Origin: a virus
Virus record (IMG/VR): IMGVR_UViG_3300020220_004906
Coordinates: 11,463-75,462 of that record
Strand: one strand, 5' to 3'
DNA: 64,000 bases
The position numbers and the translations under genes were made by a program. Positions 1-8,833 of the stretch are shown here, piece after piece. The first letter of the stretch is position 1. Each line of letters begins with the position of its first letter. The notes beneath the pieces were generated by a model that had not been told where the DNA came from, did no database searches, and worked only from the letters and a program-made list of their open reading frames with translations.

Positions 1-995
1 TTGATAGCAGCAAGAGCTGCAGCACAAGCAAGTGGGTGAGCGGAATAGGTATATCCGTGATAAAGCTCTATTGAATTTTTTTTTGCACTCATAAAAAGAT
101 TATAGATCTTATCATGTATAATTGTTGCTCCCATCGGAACAGTTCCGCTAGTTAAGCCTTTAGCTATAGTCATCAAGTCGGGTTCGATATTAAAAAAATC
201 TGCGGCAAAGGGTTTTCCTAATCTTCCAAAACCGGTGATAACTTCATCAAATATTAAAAGTATTTCATTATCAGTGCAAATTTTTCTTAATTTTTCTAAA
301 TAACCCACCGGTGGAATTAAAACTCCGGCAGTCCCGGCGACCGGCTCAACAATAACTGCCGCGATATTACTTGCGCCATGTTTTTCAATTTGTTTTAACA
401 AATCATCTGCTAGATGAGTGCCCCACTTAGGCTGCCCTTTAGAATACGCATTGTGCTCAAGATTATGTGTATGTGGAAGATGATAGACATCGGGTAAAAA
501 TCTTTCTGCCTGCATATTGATAAAAAGATTTCCCACAGTAGATCCTCCAAAATTGGTACCGTGGAATCCACGATTTCGTCCTATTATGATTTTTTTGTTT
601 GTCTTGCCTTGCAGCTTGAAGTAAGATAAAGCAATTTTTAAAGCAGTTTCTACAGCTTCCGAACCGGAATTTGTAAAAAATATTTTATTTAAATTTTTTG
701 GAGTAATAGAACTTAATTTCTCAGCCAGCCTAAATGCGCCAGGATGGCTCATTTGATATGAAGGTACAAAGTCCAATTTTGCTGCTTGATCTTGTATTGC
801 TCTCACGATCTCGTCTCTGTTGTGCCCAGCATTGCAACACCATAGTCCTCCGTGGGCATCTAAAATTTTATCGTTGTAGATAGTAAAATAGTACATGTCT
901 TTAGCTCTATCGATAATTCTAGGTCTGGGTAAGTTTTTAAAAATATTGTTAGGTGTAAATGGTAACCAAAGATGATCTAAATTTAAATTTTCCAT
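1..995 (-). CDS. Class III PLP aminotransferase (omega-amino acid/beta-alanine:pyruvate type), runs off the left edge
   Basis: Not in the ORF track. Hand translation from ATG 995 gives MENLNLDHLWLPFT..GLWCCNAGH..FTNSGSEAVE..LIFDEVITGFGR..TIAKGLTSG..HGYTYSAHPLAC, including the PLP lysine. Confidence 0.9.
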   Translation of the reverse strand, partial: MENLNLDHLWLPFTPNNIFKNLPRPRIIDRAKDMYYFTIYNDKILDAHGGLWCCNAGHNRDEIVRAIQDQAAKLDFVPSYQMSHPGAFRLAEKLSSITPKNLNKIFFTNSGSEAVETALKIALSYFKLQGKTNKKIIIGRNRGFHGTNFGGSTVGNLFINMQAERFLPDVYHLPHTHNLEHNAYSKGQPKWGTHLADDLLKQIEKHGASNIAAVIVEPVAGTAGVLIPPVGYLEKLRKICTDNEILLIFDEVITGFGRLGKPFAADFFNIEPDLMTIAKGLTSGTVPMGATIIHDKIYNLFMSAKKNSIELYHGYTYSAHPLACAAALAAI

Positions 996-1065
996 ATCGA
1001 ATATGTTTATTTACATACTGAATTTTTACCAATTATTTTTTTAAAAATTTAATTTGGCTAGATAA

Positions 1066-1094
1066 TTGACATTCACATTCACAAGTGTTACACT
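1066..1094 (+). promoter_or_regulatory. sigma70-type promoter for clpP
   Basis: TTGACA-17 nt-TACACT with TG extension, 8 nt before ATG 1103. Confidence 0.75.
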
Positions 1095-1102
1095 ACTATC
1101 AT

Positions 1103-1699
1103 ATGCCATTGATTCCAATAGTAATAGAGCAAACAAGCAAAGGCGAGCGCAGTTATGACATATTCAGCCGACTGCTGAAAGATAGGATCATTGTGTTGGA
1201 AGGCCCGATCGAAGAACACTCAGCATCGGTTATTTGTGCTCAATTATTATTTTGCGAATCACAGGCACCAGAGAGAGATATAACAATCTACGTCAATTCA
1301 CCAGGCGGATTGGTCACAGCAGGCATGGCCATATATGATACCATGCAGTATATAAAATGTGATGTGCAAACTATTGTAATGGGACAGGCATGTTCAATGG
1401 GATCATTGTTAGCAGCAGCAGGCACCAAAGATAAAAGATTGATATTGCCACATGCTAGACACATGATACATCAGCCACTGGGCGGAGCTTCTGGACAGGC
1501 AACAGATGTGCAAATTCAAGCTAACGAGTTGTTGAGATGGAAAGATGAATTAACACGAGTTTACGAGAAGCACACAGGCCAACCATACGAAAAATTAAAA
1601 GCCGACATGGAGAGAGATAATTTCATGACAGCCGAACAGGCCGTGGCATATGGCCTAGCCGATAAAGTTGTTACCAGCAGAGAAGCGGAAAATAAATAG
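1103..1699 (+). CDS. clpP: Clp protease proteolytic subunit
   Basis: [27 protein letters not shown] (Ser), MIHQP (His), ERDNFM (Asp); start moved to ATG 1103. Confidence 0.95.
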   Translation: MPLIPIVIEQTSKGERSYDIFSRLLKDRIIVLEGPIEEHSASVICAQLLFCESQAPERDITIYVNSPGGLVTAGMAIYDTMQYIKCDVQTIVMGQACSMGSLLAAAGTKDKRLILPHARHMIHQPLGGASGQATDVQIQANELLRWKDELTRVYEKHTGQPYEKLKADMERDNFMTAEQAVAYGLADKVVTSREAENK

Positions 1700-1730
1700 G
1701 CATTAGTCCAATGCCAGCGTTTGATTTAAC

Positions 1731-3023
1731 ATGTCTTTAGAGAAAAACTTCTGCTCGAGTCCTTGGTTCCATATGAGGATACTGCCATCTGGAGCACTGA
1801 GATATTGCCGATGGATGGAAGATAAAAAAAATCCAATCGCTTCTGACCTAACCCAACAAGATTTTTTACAATATTTTCAAAAGGACATGTCTTCGCTGCG
1901 TGTAAAAATGTTGAAAGGAGAACACATTCCCTCTTGTGATCAATGTGCCAAGATGGAACAACACGGCAAGATAAGTGGCAGGGAAAAGCAATTATTAAAG
2001 GTAGGGATCAAACTAGATCACTTTGAAAAAACTTTTAGATCCAGTACCTTTTACGATCAATTTGAAAGATCCGCCAACAACGACGGGTCGACCGAGCTAT
2101 GGCCGCAAGACTGGCAAATTGATTTAGGAAACTACTGCAATAGTGCCTGTATATTTTGCAAACCACAATATAGTTCTAGACTTACCACAGAATTTAAAAC
2201 ACTAGGGTTGATCGATCAATCACCTCAGCAGAACTGGACCGACAACGAACAAGCGGTTGACAGATTTGTAGAATTGCTATCGCAGTCCAAAAAATTATCC
2301 TACCTACATTTCCTCGGAGGCGAGACTATGATTACTCCGGCATTTAAAAAAATTTTAATGAAACTCCAAGACAAAGGATTGCACAATGACACGTCAATAG
2401 GATTCACGACCAATCTGACCGTATGGGATGAGTCCATTGTTGCATTATTGAAGCAGTATAAAGAAGTTAATCTAGGCATGAGCGTGGAATGCTTGCACCC
2501 GATAAATGATTATCTGCGCTGGCCCAGCAACATTGAAAAGGTTAAGGAAAATTTAGTGAAATGGTTGCAACTGGGTAAACAATTAGGCTGGCTAATTCAA
2601 TTTAGGATTACGCCAACAGTTTTCAGTATTGCGCATCTAAAAACGATATATGAATTTGCCTATTCGTGGGATGTCGGAGTAGAGAGTTGCAATTTTTTAC
2701 ATGATCCGTATTTTATGAGAATGTCGATATTGCCAATGCACGTGAGAAAGAACATTGCCAATGATTTACAACACTGGATCAATGGAAAAAAATTATTGTT
2801 CTCAGAGGAGAAAATTATTAATACCAGAGATCCAAATTTAGCCAGAGATTGTATAATTCAAGATGCAATGAGTTACGTGGATTACTTGCAAAATGCACCA
2901 GATGAATCAGCCAGTTGGACAGCTCTGGTATCTTATTTGAAAAAAATAGAAAGTTCTAGGAATAATTCAATCTTAGATTACGCACCCGAATATGAAAAAT
3001 TTTTACGTTCAGCAGGATACTAA
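1731..3023 (+). CDS. Radical SAM protein with N-terminal twitch/SPASM-like Cys region
   Basis: CNSACIFC (CxxxCxxC), GGE motif, N-terminal CSSPW..YC..CxxC. Confidence 0.85.
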   Translation: MSLEKNFCSSPWFHMRILPSGALRYCRWMEDKKNPIASDLTQQDFLQYFQKDMSSLRVKMLKGEHIPSCDQCAKMEQHGKISGREKQLLKVGIKLDHFEKTFRSSTFYDQFERSANNDGSTELWPQDWQIDLGNYCNSACIFCKPQYSSRLTTEFKTLGLIDQSPQQNWTDNEQAVDRFVELLSQSKKLSYLHFLGGETMITPAFKKILMKLQDKGLHNDTSIGFTTNLTVWDESIVALLKQYKEVNLGMSVECLHPINDYLRWPSNIEKVKENLVKWLQLGKQLGWLIQFRITPTVFSIAHLKTIYEFAYSWDVGVESCNFLHDPYFMRMSILPMHVRKNIANDLQHWINGKKLLFSEEKIINTRDPNLARDCIIQDAMSYVDYLQNAPDESASWTALVSYLKKIESSRNNSILDYAPEYEKFLRSAGY

Positions 3024-3423
3024 TTTAAACATAAACCTCACTTTATCACCAATAAAAGATAAAGAGTTTCCCTATGTGATTTTTACTTTTGACACAAACA
3101 TAATACACGAGGGAATATTGACAGAAACTGCATCATTTGCACTAAGCAAATCCTTGCTGGAGGCCTTTGATTTGTCCGTAGAATTAAAGCACAAAAACTA
3201 TGATGTATCTCCGGGCACTGCGGTATCTATTTCAAGCCTGCGCATCGATGATTTTGAAATTGTGCCGGGCTGGACACAACTTGCGTCATACGAGAATGAT
3301 TCAAAAATGTCAGGCCCAACAAACTATATAGGATACAATGGCACATGGAAGTTGCAGGTGCCCGAACCATTTTATAGATGGCGCCATAAAACTACAGGAC
3401 AGGGCTGGCTGCTGGAACCATGA
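2992..3423 (+). CDS. Hypothetical protein, overlapping the radical SAM gene
   Basis: 143 aa ORF overlapping the upstream stop. Confidence 0.6.
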   Translation: MKNFYVQQDTNLNINLTLSPIKDKEFPYVIFTFDTNIIHEGILTETASFALSKSLLEAFDLSVELKHKNYDVSPGTAVSISSLRIDDFEIVPGWTQLASYENDSKMSGPTNYIGYNGTWKLQVPEPFYRWRHKTTGQGWLLEP

Positions 3424-3458
3424 ATTTTACAAATATAATTTTATATCTTAAATAAATT

Positions 3459-4004
3459 ATGTTGCTTACTGTACACTTAAAACACGATTTATCGATCATA
3501 GCTAACGCCGACCATCGAGTGCATGAGGCAAGCTCCATAGGCACAAAAATATTTGACGAAAATAATAAATTTCCTAAAACCTATGTTTTAGAAAATACAC
3601 GTATCCATCAGTTATGGTGGACGAAAGAACAATTGGATTTTAAATCGATAGGCCAAGAGCTGGGCATGACTGTATGCACAGTAAGCAGCATCATAATTCC
3701 TCCCGGTTCTGTAATACCATTGCACCAGGACACATTTCACAAATTAAGAACACAATTTCCCGATCATCCAGGACACATGGTTAGGGCGGTGATCTATGCT
3801 TCTGAATATGATATGGGACAATTCACTCAGTATCTAGATGCCGGCCGCATACATAACAGCACCGATTGGAAAGTGGGAGATGGTACAATTTGGGACGACC
3901 AAGTGCCGCACGTCACTGTCAACGGCAGCATGAAAGATCTTTGCACAGTTAACTTTTCCGGATTCATGGAAAAAGAAGTTGCCTTTTATCCACTTATATT
4001 TTGA
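3459..4004 (+). CDS. Fe(II)/2OG oxygenase or cupin-like protein
   Basis: PLHQD (HxD) and distal VPH motif, WxxGD turn. Confidence 0.65.
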   Translation: MLLTVHLKHDLSIIANADHRVHEASSIGTKIFDENNKFPKTYVLENTRIHQLWWTKEQLDFKSIGQELGMTVCTVSSIIIPPGSVIPLHQDTFHKLRTQFPDHPGHMVRAVIYASEYDMGQFTQYLDAGRIHNSTDWKVGDGTIWDDQVPHVTVNGSMKDLCTVNFSGFMEKEVAFYPLIF

Positions 4005-4054
4005 AATACAAATAGAACAATATAAAAAAATCTATCTATAGATATCTTTATTTT

Positions 4055-4168
4055 TTATTTTTTTTTGAACCAGTTTATAGGATTTATTTTCGAAGACAGG
4101 TCTTCAACTTTTTCGTTGAGATACCATCCCGCTATTAAACCTATAATAAGACCTAATGTAAAAAACAT
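4055..4168 (-). CDS. Small membrane protein (37 aa)
   Basis: Hand translation MFFTLGLIIGLIAGWYLNEKVEDLSSKINPINWFKKK; GGAGG SD and TAAATA upstream. Confidence 0.7.
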   Translation of the reverse strand: MFFTLGLIIGLIAGWYLNEKVEDLSSKINPINWFKKK

Positions 4169-4213
4169 GCCGATCCTCCTATATGAGTATTTACCAAAAT
4201 AAAGTTATAAATA

Positions 4214-4242
4214 TTGACGTGAAAAGTAACCCATAGTATACT
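4214..4242 (+). promoter_or_regulatory. sigma70-type promoter
   Basis: TTGACG-17 nt-TATACT. Confidence 0.6.
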
Positions 4243-4304
4243 TTTACAATGAGTAATATTCAGATGAATTTAAAAAAATCAATAACAATAAAAAAGGATA
4301 TTGC

Positions 4305-4499
4305 ATGCGTACACGCAGGCACAAATTCAAACACAATAAACCCAAAGGTAGAAATGATTATTACAGCACCTTTGACCCCAAGGTCCATCACAGGAGCAAG
4401 GGCAGCACGGGCTACGGGCTGAAGCGAGGAGTGGCCACGGATCCAGCCGAGGATCGAGGCAGCGCTTTGGCGCATTTGTTTGACAAGTGGAAGAGCTAA
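4305..4499 (+). CDS. Small basic hypothetical protein
   Basis: 64 aa, AAGGA SD, downstream of the promoter at 4214. Confidence 0.6.
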   Translation: MRTRRHKFKHNKPKGRNDYYSTFDPKVHHRSKGSTGYGLKRGVATDPAEDRGSALAHLFDKWKS

Positions 4500-4648
4500 A
4501 ATTTAGGGAAAGGTATTTTTTCCAGAGCCCGTATCACTTCATTGTAATTGATCGGGGACTTGTCTTCTTGCTTGGGATCTTTGTCGGCAGTCACGGTGGC
4601 ACAGCCAAGAATGATCAATAGTGATAGAATAATGAATATCTTTTTCAT
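4496..4648 (-). CDS. Small lipoprotein (50 aa)
   Basis: Hand translation MKKIFIILSLLIILGC-ATVTADKDPKQ..; signal peptide with lipobox. Confidence 0.65.
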   Translation of the reverse strand: MKKIFIILSLLIILGCATVTADKDPKQEDKSPINYNEVIRALEKIPFPKF

Positions 4649-4683
4649 ACAATATTAAATTGTATTGTACTATGGTAAACCAA

Positions 4684-4712
4684 TTGACACAACCTTTCTT
4701 ATCCTGTACAAT
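4684..4712 (+). promoter_or_regulatory. sigma70-type promoter for the FTR1 gene
   Basis: TTGACA-17 nt-TACAAT. Confidence 0.7.
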
Positions 4713-4742
4713 AAGTACGATGTTTAAATTTTATCTGAATCA

Positions 4743-5342
4743 ATGACACCATTCCTCAGTTCAACTTTTGTAATATTCCGAGAGGGCTTTGAAGTGTGGT
4801 TGATCATGGTGCTGGCCATGGCCAGCGTTGGTGGTAATTTACCACAGCAACGCACCATCTGGATCAGCGCTATGGCTGCTTTTGCAGCCACAATACTGTT
4901 GGGCAGTGCAACTGCTGCTTGGCTGGGAGATCATGCAAATTTAGAGCGCTTTGAAGCTTTAATCGCCATTATAACGGGTGTTATATTGGCCTGGGTGGCC
5001 TGGTTTTGCCATGGCGCTGCACAGCACGTGCAGAACCTGCCACGGCACAGCACATTGGCGCTGGGTATCGCTGTTTTCTTCATTATTTTTAGAGAGGGTG
5101 TGGAAGTAGTGCTGTTTCTAACCGGCATCTACGCAGATCACCCTAATATTGCTTTGATGTCTTTGGGCATTTTGGTGGGTTTGGTGGTTTTGGTAATAGC
5201 AATTAAGGTTGCTAACCATCAAATCAAGAAATTGCCAGTGAAACAGATATTCTTGTACAGTCGATGGCTGTTTACTGGACTTGCGGTGTATTTCCTTTAT
5301 TCGGGCATACATGAGCTCGTGGAGCATGGCATCAGGTTCTAA
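4743..5342 (+). CDS. FTR1/EfeU-family iron permease (compact)
   Basis: Two REGxE motifs (FREGFE, FREGVE) and multiple TM helices. Confidence 0.85.
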   Translation: MTPFLSSTFVIFREGFEVWLIMVLAMASVGGNLPQQRTIWISAMAAFAATILLGSATAAWLGDHANLERFEALIAIITGVILAWVAWFCHGAAQHVQNLPRHSTLALGIAVFFIIFREGVEVVLFLTGIYADHPNIALMSLGILVGLVVLVIAIKVANHQIKKLPVKQIFLYSRWLFTGLAVYFLYSGIHELVEHGIRF

Positions 5343-5346
5343 ACAG

Positions 5347-5374
5347 TTGGCAGATCAAAATTTCCTGTTATAAT
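5347..5374 (+). promoter_or_regulatory. Promoter of the tRNA cluster
   Basis: TTGGCA-16 nt-TATAAT with extended -10 TG. Confidence 0.7.
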
Positions 5375-5382
5375 ATTTGCAA

Positions 5383-5456
5383 GCCCCCATAGTTAAATGG
5401 CATAACAAGTCCATGGTAAGGATTAGTCGCAAGTTCGATTCTCGCTGGGGGCACCA
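5383..5456 (+). tRNA. tRNA-Thr(GGT)
   Basis: GCCCCCA/TGGGGGC acceptor stem, anticodon loop ATGGTAA, TTCGA T-loop, encoded CCA. Confidence 0.9.
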
Positions 5457-5461
5457 TGCAT

Positions 5462-5537
5462 GGGGGCGTAGCTCATTTGGTAGAGCGCTTGGCTGGCAGT
5501 CAAGAGGTAGTCAGTTCGATCCTGATCGCCTCCACCA
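5462..5537 (+). tRNA. tRNA-Ala(GGC)
   Basis: Cloverleaf, loop CTGGCAG, G3:U70 identity pair, CCA. Confidence 0.93.
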
Positions 5538-5541
5538 ACGA

Positions 5542-5616
5542 GCGGGTGTAGCTCAGTGGTAGAGCGAATCGTTGCCAACGATTAGGTCGTGGGTTCAATT
5601 CCCTTCACCCGCTCCA
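5542..5616 (+). tRNA. tRNA-Gly(GCC)
   Basis: Cloverleaf, loop TTGCCAA, U73 discriminator, CCA. Confidence 0.93.
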
Positions 5617-5621
5617 AAACA

Positions 5622-5696
5622 GGGCACCTAGTTCATTGGTAGAACACGTGGTCGACATCCACGGGGTGGCAGGTTCGATTCCTGCGGTGCCCACCA
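5622..5696 (+). tRNA. tRNA-Val(GAC), with C at position 33
   Basis: CGTGG/CCACG stem, loop TCGACAT, CCA. Confidence 0.88.
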
Positions 5697-5700
5697 ATAT

Positions 5701-5777
5701 CGGGGTGTGGCCCAGCCTGGTAGGGCGCCTGGATGGGGTCCAGGAGGTCGCTGGTTCGAATCCAGCCACTCCGACCA
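5701..5777 (+). tRNA. tRNA-Pro(GGG)
   Basis: C1:G72 pair, loop ATGGGGT, CCA. Confidence 0.92.
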
Positions 5778-5783
5778 ACACAT

Positions 5784-5999
5784 ATGAAATGGCCTTTAGA
5801 TAAAGAACCAAAAAAGTTTGCAACTGACCTCACAGTGCCCCAACGCAGCCGCGGAGATCGCTACTGGGTACGTATCACCACAGAGCATTGGGATATCATC
5901 ACGCAGTGGAGAGGCACGCCACGTCAAATTGAACAAAACTGCTGGAGTTGGTATGGCAGAGATGCACTGGCGGTAGAGTTGGAACTAATAGTCAAATAA
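5784..5999 (+). CDS. Hypothetical protein
   Basis: Start moved to the ATG after tRNA-Pro. Confidence 0.55.
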   Translation: MKWPLDKEPKKFATDLTVPQRSRGDRYWVRITTEHWDIITQWRGTPRQIEQNCWSWYGRDALAVELELIVK

Positions 6000-6020
6000 T
6001 TTGAAACATTAAATATTGAT

Positions 6021-6734
6021 ATGGAATACGGATTTTTTTCTGACAACAAATTGCCAAAATTTAAACCTTATAAAAATTATAGAACAAATTCTTACGGATA
6101 TCGCTGTCCAGAATTTTTAAAGCTTCGTGAAGGTGGAAAAAATGTTGTTGTGTTAGGCTGTTCGCACACATTCGGAGAAGGGCTGGAAGATAATGAGATT
6201 TGGGTAAATGTACTGGCTGAGAATCTAGAAGACAAAAAAAACAATATAAAAAAATTAAGATGGTGGAATCTGGCGAGGCCCGGCGGCAACGCGGATCAGA
6301 TGATAAGAATCTTATATGCAACAGAAAATTTTCTATATCCCAAAATTATAATAGCATGCTGGCCCGCAATCAGTCGTAGAGAACGTCTCGATAGAGAACC
6401 AGAAAACTTAACTAGTGATTCTGAATTTTTAAAAATAGAGACATCAGACACGGATAAGAATAATTTTTTACGTAATGTTTTCTTTTTAGAAAAATTCGCT
6501 CAAAAAAACAATGCTAAAACCTTTCATTGTTTTGCAGACGAATATGTACCTTTGCAGGGAGATCTAAATATTTTAAAAAGCAAAACTATTAGGAACTGTT
6601 GGCCGGAATGGAACCATGATCGTATCATAATCCAAGAACCAAATTTAGCCCGAGATGGGGTGCATTATGGTTTGGAACATCATCAAGTATTTGCTAAATT
6701 ATTCCAAGAAAAGTTCCAAACAAAATTAAAGTAA
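6021..6734 (+). CDS. SGNH/GDSL-like hydrolase or acyltransferase fold protein
   Basis: GCSHTFG, NLARPGG, DGVH (DxxH). Confidence 0.7.
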   Translation: MEYGFFSDNKLPKFKPYKNYRTNSYGYRCPEFLKLREGGKNVVVLGCSHTFGEGLEDNEIWVNVLAENLEDKKNNIKKLRWWNLARPGGNADQMIRILYATENFLYPKIIIACWPAISRRERLDREPENLTSDSEFLKIETSDTDKNNFLRNVFFLEKFAQKNNAKTFHCFADEYVPLQGDLNILKSKTIRNCWPEWNHDRIIIQEPNLARDGVHYGLEHHQVFAKLFQEKFQTKLK

Positions 6735-7739
6735 AGATCTAAACTCAACAAAATCTTCTTTATTTTTAATTTTATCCAATATCGCAAGTAGTTTTTTATT
6801 TTCGTGGTGTGTCTCATCTGCAACAGCGACAGTATCAAAATTTGATAATGTATTCCAATCAGTAATTCTATTAAGAAATATTTTATCAGCATTATATTTT
6901 ACGCCAAGTTCTATGAATGCTTCAATCTCATGATAATTTTTTTGTTGCACGACAAAATGAAAATGTATTTTAAAATCTTTGATTGTTTTTAAAAATTCTA
7001 AGTTTTCTAAGAGTTTTTCCCAAACACCTCCCTGTCGTAATTTTTCATAGGTTTGTTTAGAAGCACCGTCTATACTAATACCAATCTGCGAAAGATTATC
7101 GGTAATATGTTTAAATTTGTGAAAATTCTTTTTAATAAGCAATCCATTAGTTTGTATACTGTATTTCAAATTTTTAAAGTGTTTGGTTTTCAACATGAAA
7201 TATCTATACACAAGACTGGCAAAAGGATCACCGTCGGATCCGATATGTACCTGTATATAGTGTTTCTGATATTTTAAAAAATCTAAAACCTTATCGATTA
7301 ATTTTATTCTTTTATTAAATTCCCCTCCGCTTTTGTAAAAAATTTTTTTTGTTCTACAACTAGGACAACTGAGGTTACAACTATCATCGATGGCTAACCT
7401 AATTTGTTTAATTTGTCTCATAGGTTCAACAAGTTTCCATGGATCAGTGCCTTTGTTATCTAATAGATAAGCACAGTGCCGATTATTACAATATCGATAG
7501 GAATTATCTAATATTGCGTGTTGAAGCGTGTTGGCCATATCTCCGTTTATAATTTCGCCGAGTGTTTTAATTTGCAAATTTCCGGCAGATTGTGGCAACC
7601 AAGACGTGCATTCGCACAGATAGCAAGAACCTTGTTTGTCTATCAACACAGTATCAAACGGTCGAGGACAGCGTTTTTTTATTTTTAAATTTTTATTGAT
7701 ATCTATATTATACCAATCAAATAATCTAGAATTAATCAC
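6726..7739 (-). CDS. Radical SAM protein with N-terminal SPASM/twitch-like domain
   Basis: CNLSCPSC, GDPF, QTNG, ISIDG. Confidence 0.85.
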   Translation of the reverse strand: MINSRLFDWYNIDINKNLKIKKRCPRPFDTVLIDKQGSCYLCECTSWLPQSAGNLQIKTLGEIINGDMANTLQHAILDNSYRYCNNRHCAYLLDNKGTDPWKLVEPMRQIKQIRLAIDDSCNLSCPSCRTKKIFYKSGGEFNKRIKLIDKVLDFLKYQKHYIQVHIGSDGDPFASLVYRYFMLKTKHFKNLKYSIQTNGLLIKKNFHKFKHITDNLSQIGISIDGASKQTYEKLRQGGVWEKLLENLEFLKTIKDFKIHFHFVVQQKNYHEIEAFIELGVKYNADKIFLNRITDWNTLSNFDTVAVADETHHENKKLLAILDKIKNKEDFVEFRSLL

Positions 7740-7930
7740 TTCTTCAAAGCCGGATTAGTCAAATGGTCTAGCGTCACCACTTCATTATCTGGAACCACGT
7801 AAACATCTACTGGTGCTTGTTGTTTGGACTTTTTTCGCTGTTCGCTGCGTCTACGCAACTCTTCCTGTTTCTGTTGTTTGCGCAGGTTTCGCTCGCCGCT
7901 CTGTGATTTGTATGTGTAGTGTATGCCCAT
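7736..7930 (-). CDS. Small basic hypothetical protein
   Basis: 64 aa, AGGAG SD, ATGA overlap with the next gene. Confidence 0.6.
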   Translation of the reverse strand: MGIHYTYKSQSGERNLRKQQKQEELRRRSEQRKKSKQQAPVDVYVVPDNEVVTLDHLTNPALKK

Positions 7931-8031
7931 TGAACATCTCCTGCTGTGTCATCATTGTTATTGTAATTATCTGCATGTATTGATGCTAAAAAATTACTTT
8001 ATTATACAATCAATTTTCGATAAAGCCTATG

Positions 8032-8754
8032 CTATAATAATGAAAAATTCAACCACGACGTAATTTGTTTACTGGAAATTTCTGCAGCGGTGAAATGATT
8101 ACCGCTGGCTAGCATATAGGCACTGAGAGGATGATAGGGTGCTCTTGAAAAAACACAATCAGGACCAACGTGTATATGATCTGTGGCCCCTTCTATGTAT
8201 AATAACGGGATAGACTTTTTAAATTTTTTTATAGTTTCAGGCATATGTCCTAATCCAGCTGGATTAAAATAGCTGAAAAAAATATCTGCTGGTAAGGTAA
8301 ATTTCTTATGAATATCACAGTTAAGATCAATAAAATCTATAAGAGTTTTATTTTTATTTCTTTTTAGATTATCTTCCGCTTTTTTTACAACATATTCATG
8401 ATGTTTGTCCTTTTTGCACATAAGATATGGAACATGTCCGGGGGTAATGGCTACAATGGCATCAGCATCACCGATATGGGATTGATAGGCTATGGCAGCA
8501 TTCGCTCCAAGACTGTGTCCTATTAACACCATTTTTTTTATTCCTTCTCGCCTATGCTGCTGAATCATTTTTGCTAAATCTTGCAGAGCCAATTCATAGG
8601 TTTGATCATATTGTCTAGTTTTGCTCCATGGCATATGGGGTTTTGCCACAACATAATTTTTCTCTCTTAAATCTTTTTCTAAAATTCTAAACACCGGAGT
8701 GTTTGGATATGACCATTTACCATGTATCAACACTGCCAAACAATTAGGAACCAT
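8032..8754 (-). CDS. Alpha/beta hydrolase
   Basis: IHG oxyanion motif, GHSLG nucleophile elbow, C-terminal GNH; start moved to ATG 8754. Confidence 0.8.
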   Translation of the reverse strand: MVPNCLAVLIHGKWSYPNTPVFRILEKDLREKNYVVAKPHMPWSKTRQYDQTYELALQDLAKMIQQHRREGIKKMVLIGHSLGANAAIAYQSHIGDADAIVAITPGHVPYLMCKKDKHHEYVVKKAEDNLKRNKNKTLIDFIDLNCDIHKKFTLPADIFFSYFNPAGLGHMPETIKKFKKSIPLLYIEGATDHIHVGPDCVFSRAPYHPLSAYMLASGNHFTAAEISSKQITSWLNFSLL

Positions 8755-8833
8755 ATGATAAAGATATTTATAGATAAGTTTTTCAACAACCAAAATGATA
8801 ACATTACCACTTTCTGCTCGATAATTACGCTAT

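Noticed and set aside
5377-5833. ORFs 5377-5562, 5605-5823 and 5633-5833
   Set aside because: They overlap the tRNA genes
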